A stretch of 64,000 nucleotides of DNA from Egicoccus sp. (GTDB lineage Bacteria > Actinomycetota > Nitriliruptoria > Nitriliruptorales > Nitriliruptoraceae), in NCBI GenBank assembly GCA_035462025.1, contig DATHUR010000130.1, forward strand, positions 1,575 through 65,574. Reading direction: 5' to 3'. Shown here piece by piece: positions 27,387 to 34,753 of the stretch. Under the pieces are notes generated by a model. It was not told where the DNA came from, did no database searches, and saw nothing but the letters and a program-made list of their open reading frames with translations. Numbering within the stretch: position 1 is the stretch's first letter; each line of letters opens with the position of its first letter. Position numbers and translations under genes: made by a program.

Positions 27387-27583
27387 AGTGTTCGTCTCCG
27401 GAGAAGTGATGGCGCTGGGAAGCTTGGTCGTGACCGTACGAAGCCCCGGGTGAGCGCTGGGGCGGCTCCGGGTAAGGAAAGGGTGAAGGCCGCCCAGGAG
27501 CGGCCAAACGATCCGCGTGAGCCGCGTTCCGACGATCCGCGGCCAATAGGCTGCTCACCTGCACCGGATGTCCTGGAGGTGGC

Positions 27584-28303
27584 GTGGCAGAGACCCCGGC
27601 ACGGGTGCTGCTGGTCGAGGACGACGACGGCATCGCGCGCCCGCTCGTCGCCGCGCTGAGGGCCAGCGGCCATGACGTCGTGCGGGTCGCCACGGGTCGC
27701 GAGGCATTGATCGCCGCACGCGACGTCGACGCGGTCGTCCTCGACCTGGGCCTGCCCGACATCGATGGCATCGAGGTGTGCCGACGGCTGCGCCGCGACC
27801 TCGGCGCCGACCTGCCGATCCTCGTGCTGACCGCGCGCACGTCCGAGACCGAGGTGGTGGTCGGCCTCGACGCCGGCGCCGACGACTACGTCCCGAAGCC
27901 GTTCCGCCTGGCCGAACTTCAGGCACGGTTGCGCGCCCTGCTGCGGCGTGCCGCGGCGACACGACCGTCGGCAGCGGAGGAGGTCGCGGCGGCGGACGTG
28001 CGCGTCGACCCGGGCAGCCGCCGTGCCTGGCGCGGCGGCGAGGAACTCGACCTCGCGCCGAAGGAGTTCGACCTGCTGGCGCTGCTCGTCGCGCGGGCGG
28101 GGACCGTGGTCACCCGCGACGAGTTGGCCCGCGAGGTCTGGGACACCCGGTGGATGGGTGCGTCGAAGACCATCGACGTCCACGTCTCCTCCCTGCGGCG
28201 GAAGCTCGGCGACGATCCGGCCAACCCGAGCTACATCACGACCGTCAGGGGCGTCGGGCTGCGCTTCGAGTCGGACGCGGCCGACCCGGACGACGCCGCA
28301 TGA
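27584..28303 (+). CDS. OmpR/PhoB-family response regulator
   Basis: GTG after ggagg. VLLVEDD, DAVVLDLGLPDIDG, LTAR, and a winged-helix C-terminus (TIDVHVSSLRRKL). Confidence 0.9.
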   Translation: MAETPARVLLVEDDDGIARPLVAALRASGHDVVRVATGREALIAARDVDAVVLDLGLPDIDGIEVCRRLRRDLGADLPILVLTARTSETEVVVGLDAGADDYVPKPFRLAELQARLRALLRRAAATRPSAAEEVAAADVRVDPGSRRAWRGGEELDLAPKEFDLLALLVARAGTVVTRDELAREVWDTRWMGASKTIDVHVSSLRRKLGDDPANPSYITTVRGVGLRFESDAADPDDAA

Positions 28304-29649
28304 GGCAGCGGCTGGTCGTCTCGGCGGTCGCCCTGGTGCTGACCGCGCTGCTCGCCTTCGCGCTGCCGCTGGGCTGGGCGGTCCGCGGCCTGCTCGAAGG
28401 CCGCGCCCTCGATGCGCTGCAGGGCCGGGTCGAGCCGATCGGGCTGCTCCTCGACCGGTCCCGCAACTGCGCGGAGCTACGTCTGACCCTGGTGCAATTG
28501 GCGGACGACTCGATCACGCTGTCGGCCATCACCACCGACCGGCGTGTCCTGGCCACCACTGCCGACGGACCGACCACGGTCGGCGAGGAGTTCGAGCTGG
28601 CGCTGTCCGCGCGGCCCGGCCGCCTGGTCGACGACGACCGGATGGCGGTCGCCCTGCCGCTGTCGACCGGGGTGTGCGGTCCGACGCTGCTGCACGCGAC
28701 GACCGGCGTCGCGGGCCTGCACCGCCAGATCCGGGGGGCGTGGTTCGTGATCGCGGGCATCGCCGCGACCGTGGCGCTGACGGCGGCGGCGGGGGCGTGG
28801 GTGCTTGGACGCAGGCTGGCCAAGCCGTTCGAGCGGCTGGCCACCTCGGCGGACCAACTCGGGGACGGCGACTTCTCGGCACGGGCGCCGCGCAGTGGAC
28901 TGCCCGAGGCCGACCGGATCGCCGACGCGCTCGACGACACCGCGGAACGCCTCGGCCGCTCGGTCGCCCGGTCGAATGCCTTCGCGGCCGACGCCTCCCA
29001 CCAGCTGCGCACGCCGTTGACGGCGCTCCGGCTCCACCTCGAGGCACTCGCCGCCGCGTCACCGGGCGGCCCGTCGGTCGACGCCGCGCTCGACGAGGCG
29101 GACCGGCTCGAGACGACGATCGACGAACTGGTGACCCTGACCCGGCTCGACGCGGCCCCGCGCGACCTCGACCTCGCCGAACTCGTCCGCGAGCGTCTAC
29201 CACTGTGGGAGGACGCGGCGGACCGTCAGGCGCGCGACGTGGTCTTCGAGGCGCTGCCGGTCCCGGCAGTCCGGGCCCGTGCCGGCGCGGTGGCGCAGGC
29301 GCTGCAGGTCCTGCTCGACAATGCCCTGCAGCACGGAACTGGCACGATCACGGTCCGCCTGGCGCCGGCGCTGCCCGACGAACCCGACGGTGCCGTGCGG
29401 CTGTGCGTGCTCGACGAGGGCCCGGCCGATCCCGATGCTCGCGTGGAGCGGGAGGTGACGGCGTCACCGGTCGGGACGGCGGCCGGGCACGACATTGCTG
29501 ACGCGCGCCTGCGCCAGGACCGGCACGGTCGGGGCCTCCCGCTCGCCCGCGCACTGATCGGTGCGGAGGGTGGTGAGGTGACGCTCGCGGTCGAGCGCAG
29601 CGGCTCCGCGGCCTGCCTGTTGCTGCCCGGAGCCCGACCCCGGACTTGA
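28300..29649 (+). CDS. sensor histidine kinase (HAMP + HisKA + HATPase)
   Basis: ATG overlaps the regulator stop (ATGA). Two TM segments. H-box FAADASHQLRTPLTAL. N-box LLDNALQHG. GRGLPLARAL. Confidence 0.85.
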   Translation: MRQRLVVSAVALVLTALLAFALPLGWAVRGLLEGRALDALQGRVEPIGLLLDRSRNCAELRLTLVQLADDSITLSAITTDRRVLATTADGPTTVGEEFELALSARPGRLVDDDRMAVALPLSTGVCGPTLLHATTGVAGLHRQIRGAWFVIAGIAATVALTAAAGAWVLGRRLAKPFERLATSADQLGDGDFSARAPRSGLPEADRIADALDDTAERLGRSVARSNAFAADASHQLRTPLTALRLHLEALAAASPGGPSVDAALDEADRLETTIDELVTLTRLDAAPRDLDLAELVRERLPLWEDAADRQARDVVFEALPVPAVRARAGAVAQALQVLLDNALQHGTGTITVRLAPALPDEPDGAVRLCVLDEGPADPDARVEREVTASPVGTAAGHDIADARLRQDRHGRGLPLARALIGAEGGEVTLAVERSGSAACLLLPGARPRT

Positions 29650-29662
29650 GTTCCGGCGTCAG

Positions 29663-31075
29663 ATGGCCGATATCGCCAGCAGAGCCCGGTACCGTCCTTT
29701 GGTCGGTACGTCCAACTCGGATCCGATCGGCAACTTCCCCGTGGCACACCCCGGTCACGCCCGCCGCTGGCGCTGGCGTCCCGTTGCCGCATTCGCGGCA
29801 GCGTTGCTGGTCGTGCCCGCGTCGGCCGGTGCCCAGCCGCGCAGCAGCGAGGAGGTCGCCGAAGAGCTCGACCGCGCCGAACGCGAGGCGGACCGGCTCG
29901 GCGACGACCTCGGCCAGGTCACCAGCGACATCCAGACCGTCGAGGGCGAGTTGGCGACGCTCGCGGTCGAACTCGACGACGCCCGCGGCCGCCTGCGCGC
30001 CGCCGAGGGGCAGGTCGCGCTCGCCGAGGCCGCACTCGAGGAAGCGACCGAGGAGCAGCGCCGCGCCGAGGCCGACCACCGCCGCGCCGAGGGGATCCTG
30101 GAACGCACCGAGGAACTGCTCGTGGTGGAGGAGGCGGTCCTCGCGGACCAACTCGTCGAGAGCTTCAAGTACGGCACCGTCGGGGCCACGCGCGGTGCCA
30201 TGGTGCTCGAGGTGCTGCGAAGGGCCGACGATCCCAACGCCTTCGCGGTCGGGCTGAAACAGTTGCGCGTGGTCGTCGACACGCAGGAGTCCACCGTCGA
30301 GCGTGTCTTCGACCTGCGCCAGGAACGCACCCAGCAGGCCGAGGAAGCGGCGCGTGCCCGTGGGCGAGCCGCACAGGCGGCGGCCGAGGCGGCGGACACG
30401 CTCGAGTTCGTCGAGCAGATGCGTGGCGAGGCCGAGGCGCTCACCGTCGAGATCGCCGACAAGGAAGCCCGGCAGCGGACGGTGCTGGCCAGTCTGGAGG
30501 GCGACGCCGAGGACATCGAGGCCTCGCTGGCCCGCGTCGAGAGCGAAACCACCCGGCTGAGCCGCGAACTCGCCGACCGCCGCGCCGCCGAAGAGGCCGA
30601 ACGCCGCGCCGCCGAAGAGGCCCGCAACCGCTCGGCCGGCGGCGCCGGACCGAGCGTCGACGGTGGCTACTGCCCGGTCGTCGGCGCCGTCGCCGGCCGC
30701 GACTTCACCAACGACTGGGGCTGGCCACGCTCGGGCGGCCGCAGCCACCAGGGCACCGACGTGTTCGCCGACCGCGGCGTCCCGGTCGTGGCGGTCGCCG
30801 ATGGGGTCGTCGTGCGCAGCAATCCGCTCGACCGCGGCCTTGGCGGCATCACGGTGACCTACCGGACCGCCGACGGCAGCGAGTGGTACAACGCCCACCT
30901 CGCCACCATCGCGCCCGGTATGTCGGCCGGTGCCTCGATCGCGGCCGGCCAGCAGATCGGGACGGTTGGCAACTCGGGCAACGCCCGGACCACCCCGCCA
31001 CACCTGCACATCCAGCGCCACTACGGCGGGAGCTGGGTCAACCCCTACCCGACCATCGCCCCGCTCTGCCGCTGA
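29663..31075 (+). CDS. M23 family metallopeptidase with long coiled-coil N-terminal region
   Basis: Signal-like RRWRWRPVAAFAAALLVVPASAGA. Glu/Ala/Arg-rich heptads. HQGTD (HxxxD) and PPHLHIQ (HxH). Alternative start GTG 29741. Confidence 0.85.
   Translation: MADIASRARYRPLVGTSNSDPIGNFPVAHPGHARRWRWRPVAAFAAALLVVPASAGAQPRSSEEVAEELDRAEREADRLGDDLGQVTSDIQTVEGELATLAVELDDARGRLRAAEGQVALAEAALEEATEEQRRAEADHRRAEGILERTEELLVVEEAVLADQLVESFKYGTVGATRGAMVLEVLRRADDPNAFAVGLKQLRVVVDTQESTVERVFDLRQERTQQAEEAARARGRAAQAAAEAADTLEFVEQMRGEAEALTVEIADKEARQRTVLASLEGDAEDIEASLARVESETTRLSRELADRRAAEEAERRAAEEARNRSAGGAGPSVDGGYCPVVGAVAGRDFTNDWGWPRSGGRSHQGTDVFADRGVPVVAVADGVVVRSNPLDRGLGGITVTYRTADGSEWYNAHLATIAPGMSAGASIAAGQQIGTVGNSGNARTTPPHLHIQRHYGGSWVNPYPTIAPLCR
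30578..30622 (+). repeat. 24-bp-period in-frame tandem duplication in the M23 coiled coil
   Basis: cgccgcgccgccgaagaggcc occurs at 30578..30598 and 30602..30622 (RRAAEEAE/RRAAEEAR). Confidence 0.8.
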
Positions 31076-31108
31076 CCCCGGTCGGGTGGCCGGCCGGCGG
31101 CGGGGGCG

Positions 31109-31747
31109 TCAGCGGGCCGAACGGATCCCGGGTGGTGTGGCCGGCGGCGCCTCGACCATCCGCAGCCGCGGTAGTGCGACGTGCACGATCGGCCCGATGG
31201 CCGCGGCGAACACGACCGTCCCGACTCCGACCGTGCCGCCGAGCACCCAGCCGAACAGCAGGACGCCGACCTCGATGGCCGCCCGCACCACGCCGACCGG
31301 CAGACCGCGTCTGGCCAGGCCGGTCATGATGCCGTCGCGCGGCCCCGAGCCGAGTCCGGTCCCGAGGTAGAAGCCGGAGCCGACGCCGAACAGCAGCGGG
31401 CCGGCCAGCATGTACGCCCAGCGCTGCCAGACCGCTTCGGGCGTCTGCAGCCACAGCAGCGTCACGTCGATCACGACGCCGATCAACAGCACGTTGAGCA
31501 CGGTGCCGACGCCTGGCCGTTCGCGCAGCGGCAGCCAACCCACCAGCACCAGGACGCCGACCGCGATGCCGACGGTCCCGATCGGGATGCCCGTCATCTT
31601 CGACAGCCCCTGGTGCAGCACGTCCCAGGGGCCGAGCCCGAGTTCGGCCGCCACCATCGTCGCGATCCCGAGTCCGCACAGCACCAGACCGAGCAGCAGG
31701 CGGGGCAGCCGGCGGCGTAGTTCGGCGAGGGAGGGGGAGGCGAGCAC
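31109..31747 (-). CDS. YczE-like integral membrane protein
   Basis: About 6 hydrophobic helices. GLGPWDVLHQGLSKMTGIPIGTV and PGVGTVLNVLLIGVVID motifs recalled from the YczE/YitT-type family. Confidence 0.55.
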   Translation of the reverse strand: MLASPSLAELRRRLPRLLLGLVLCGLGIATMVAAELGLGPWDVLHQGLSKMTGIPIGTVGIAVGVLVLVGWLPLRERPGVGTVLNVLLIGVVIDVTLLWLQTPEAVWQRWAYMLAGPLLFGVGSGFYLGTGLGSGPRDGIMTGLARRGLPVGVVRAAIEVGVLLFGWVLGGTVGVGTVVFAAAIGPIVHVALPRLRMVEAPPATPPGIRSAR

Positions 31748-31756
31748 GCGCGGACG

Positions 31757-32494
31757 TTAGCCGTCGTCGTCCTCGTGCCCCGGCCCGACGTCGTCGAACA
31801 CCGCGGCCACCTCGTCGTCCTCGGCCCGGTCGCGGAGCCGACCCTTGAGACGGCTCCAGATCGGCGGGAAGTGACTGACCAGGTGGCGCTGTCCCCGCGC
31901 GGCGGCCAGGAACGCCTTGCCGGCCGCCGAATCGGGCAGTTCGTCGAGCGTGGACGGCAGGGGCAGGTCGACCCGCCACAGGTTGTCGTTCTCGCGCGAG
32001 CGGATGCCGCCGAGGTGGTCGAACACCTCGAGCATGGCGTGGTTGCCGTCGAGCACGTAGTTGCGGAACACGGTGATGCCGTTGGATTTCGCGCGGTCGG
32101 TGAGCGCGCCGAGCAACAAGGTGCCCGCACCCTGGCCGTGGTAGTCGTCGGCGACGGTGATCGCGGCCTCGGCGACCTCGTGTTCGTAGGGCTCGCGGAC
32201 GTAGCGGGCAACACCGATCCCCGGTGCGTCGGGGTTGGCGAGGTCGACCGCGACGACCGCCTCGTGGTCGACGTGGTCGACCACGGTGAGGTAGTCGAGT
32301 TGCTGCGGGGTGAGGTGGTCGATCGCGCTGTGGAAACGCAGATAGCGGGAGGCGGGCGAGAGCCGCTCGAACCCGGCGACGAGCCGTTCGCGGTCCTCGG
32401 GCCGGATCTGGCGCAGCAGGACCCGCCTGCCGTCGCGCAGTTCGACGTACCGGTGCCACTCGTCGGCGTCGACGTGGTCGGGAGCGCGGGTCAC
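31757..32494 (-). CDS. GNAT family N-acetyltransferase (Pat-type GNAT domain)
   Basis: GTG after gaggagg. LRQIRPEDRERLVAGFERLSPASRYLRF plus DDYHGQGAGTLLL acetyl-CoA loop. Confidence 0.8.
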   Translation of the reverse strand: MTRAPDHVDADEWHRYVELRDGRRVLLRQIRPEDRERLVAGFERLSPASRYLRFHSAIDHLTPQQLDYLTVVDHVDHEAVVAVDLANPDAPGIGVARYVREPYEHEVAEAAITVADDYHGQGAGTLLLGALTDRAKSNGITVFRNYVLDGNHAMLEVFDHLGGIRSRENDNLWRVDLPLPSTLDELPDSAAGKAFLAAARGQRHLVSHFPPIWSRLKGRLRDRAEDDEVAAVFDDVGPGHEDDDG

Positions 32495-32522
32495 GGGGCC
32501 TCCTCGGCCTGGGTGGTACTGG

Positions 32523-33398
32523 CTAGCTGCCCGGATAGGGGGCGACGACGTCGGCGCCGACCTGGCGCAGCCGACGGGTGATCGCGATCTTGGTGACGGT
32601 GCCGAGCGGGACGCCCTCGCGGACCCTCGCCGAGCCGAGCACGCCGCGCTGGCGCCACGCCTCCTTGCGCACCCGCAGTCCGGGGCTGCCGGCCTCGAGG
32701 CGCAGCCACGGCAACAGTTCGAGGTAGGCGTCCCATGCGGACGACACGTCGCCCGTCCGGTAGCGGGCGACGACCTCGACGAGCCGCTCGGGGACGGCGC
32801 AGCCGGCAACGGTTCCGGTGGCGCCGGCTTCGACCTCCTCGGGCAGGAACAGCGCGGCCAGACCGCCGAGGCGGTCGCGACGGTCGTCGTCGCCGAGCGC
32901 CGCCAGCACCTCGCCCGGCGGCGCCGTCTCGACGACGACGGCCCGGGCGCCCACGTCGTCGGCCAGCGAGACGAGGTCAGCAGGATCGAGCCGGGCGCCG
33001 GTCGCTGCGGGATGGTGGTGCAGCCACAGCGGCAGGCCGAGTTCGGCGATCTCGGCGACGCGGTCGGGCCGGTCGACGCCGCCCGGAACCGGGACGACGA
33101 GCAGGTCCGCACCACTGCCGGCCGCCCGGCGTGCCACCTCGATGCTGCGCGGTCCGACCGGGCCGATGCCGACACCGACGGGCAGACCCGCCGTTCCCCG
33201 CCGTGTCGCGGCCACGACGTCGCCGATCTCCTCGACGCGCAGCGTGGCCACCTCGCCGGTGGTCGGGCCGAGCAGGCACACACCGTCGACACCCGCGGCT
33301 GCGACCGTCGCGGCCAGCGCCGCCTGGCCGTCGGGATCGAGGGTCGCGTCGTCGTGGAACGCGGTCGGCAGGAACGGCAGACAACGGAAGGTGGCCAT
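32523..33398 (-). CDS. DapA/DHDPS-family (class I aldolase-like) protein lacking the canonical catalytic Lys and Tyr
   Basis: GPTTGEVATL matches the GTTGE motif, but LYNVP reads LHHHP and the GIKE(A/S) Schiff-base lysine region reads VVVETAPPG. Confidence 0.7.
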   Translation of the reverse strand: MATFRCLPFLPTAFHDDATLDPDGQAALAATVAAAGVDGVCLLGPTTGEVATLRVEEIGDVVAATRRGTAGLPVGVGIGPVGPRSIEVARRAAGSGADLLVVPVPGGVDRPDRVAEIAELGLPLWLHHHPAATGARLDPADLVSLADDVGARAVVVETAPPGEVLAALGDDDRRDRLGGLAALFLPEEVEAGATGTVAGCAVPERLVEVVARYRTGDVSSAWDAYLELLPWLRLEAGSPGLRVRKEAWRQRGVLGSARVREGVPLGTVTKIAITRRLRQVGADVVAPYPGS

Positions 33399-33492
33399 GG
33401 CCGCACGCTATCGCCGTGGGCCGTCCGAGTGGACGATGTCCGTTGCCTGTGCAACCCTTGCCGGCCTCCGGGCGCGGGAGGACGGTGGAGTC

Positions 33493-34743
33493 GTGCGCAC
33501 TGTGACGGTGGCTGGCCTGCTCGCCGTACTCGCTGTCGGGTGCGCCGCCTCGGCCGCCCCCCTCGAGCCGGCCCTGGTGCGGGTCATCATGGCCGACGAC
33601 TGGGCGAGCGCGCCTGCGGTCCGGGAGGTGTTCGACCAGTTCGAACGCGACCACGACAACGTGCGCGTCCAGGTCCAGGCGGTGCCGTTCTCCCAGATCC
33701 CCGAACTGGTCGCGTCGGCCGGCGAACTCGACCAGCCCTACGACCTCGCCCACTGGCACGCCTTCGCGGCGGCAGCCAGCGGCCTGGCCGAGCCGCTGGC
33801 CGAACAGTGGGACGCGGCGGGGCTGACCGTCGAGGAGTTCCTGCCCGGCGCGGTCGAGGACGTGACCTGGCTCGGCGAGCCGTTCGGGGTACCGCTCGAC
33901 ACGAACGCTCTCGTGCTGCTCGCCGACGCCGCCATGCTCCGCGAGGCCGGGGTGGACCCGGACACGATGGCCACGCCGACGGGGTTCGTGCAGGCCGCCG
34001 ACGCGATCACCGCCGGCAGTGCGGCGCAGTGGATGCTGCCGGTGTCGACCAGCAGTTGGCAGGCCTACGGATGGATCCGCGCGTTCGGCGGTGAACTGCT
34101 CGAGGTCGACCCGACGACGGCCCTGCCGCGCTTCACCTTCGACGACCCGGCCACGGTCGCCGCGCTCGACTACCTCGTACAACTCATCGGGCAGGGCTTC
34201 GCCCCTCCGCCCTACGGGCCCGACCTCGCCGCGGACGCGGTGCAGGCGTTCGCCTCCGGCCAGGTCGCCACCCACGCGACGGGGTCGTGGGACCTCAAGG
34301 TGGTCGCCCGAAACGCCACCCGTGACGTCGAGGTCGCGGTGCTGCCCCTGCCGCAGGCGGATCCCGACACACCCGTGACGGTGCTCGGCGGCTCGAGCCT
34401 GTTCGTGCCCGAGGGTGCCGAACAACCCGACCTCGCCTTCGACCTCGCGTTGCGGCTGATCGACGACGAGGTGGCGCTGCGCCTGGCCGAGGAGGAGGGC
34501 CGACTGCCCGCGCGCAACCGGGTGTTCGACGCCCCCCTGTTCACCGAGGACCCCCTGCTGTCGACGTTCGTGGACCAACTGCCCAATGCCCGGGTCATGC
34601 CGCTGATCGCCTACCCGGAGGTCGCGCAGGCGCTCACCGAGGCACTCACGGCGGTGCTGGCCGGCGGGGAACCCGCCGACGAGACGATGGCCGGGCTGCA
34701 ACGGTTCGCCGAGGCCTGGCTCGTCGTCCAGCCGCGCCCGTGA
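33493..34743 (+). CDS. extracellular solute-binding lipoprotein (sugar-type family 1 SBP)
   Basis: GTG after gggaggacggtggag. Lipobox LAVGC. Length and W/F/Y-rich pattern are typical of CUT1 SBPs. No permease genes adjacent. Confidence 0.75.
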   Translation: MRTVTVAGLLAVLAVGCAASAAPLEPALVRVIMADDWASAPAVREVFDQFERDHDNVRVQVQAVPFSQIPELVASAGELDQPYDLAHWHAFAAAASGLAEPLAEQWDAAGLTVEEFLPGAVEDVTWLGEPFGVPLDTNALVLLADAAMLREAGVDPDTMATPTGFVQAADAITAGSAAQWMLPVSTSSWQAYGWIRAFGGELLEVDPTTALPRFTFDDPATVAALDYLVQLIGQGFAPPPYGPDLAADAVQAFASGQVATHATGSWDLKVVARNATRDVEVAVLPLPQADPDTPVTVLGGSSLFVPEGAEQPDLAFDLALRLIDDEVALRLAEEEGRLPARNRVFDAPLFTEDPLLSTFVDQLPNARVMPLIAYPEVAQALTEALTAVLAGGEPADETMAGLQRFAEAWLVVQPRP

Positions 34744-34753
34744 CGGCGTCGCG

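Noticed and set aside
29650-29740. A possible cyclic-di-AMP (ydaO-type) riboswitch upstream of the M23 cell-wall hydrolase.
   Set aside because: At most 91 nt are available, and only if the later GTG start is used. That is shorter than the riboswitch. I see only a 6-bp hairpin and two overlapping 8-bp palindromes (cggatccg / ccgatcgg), none of the conserved ydaO core strings I recall.
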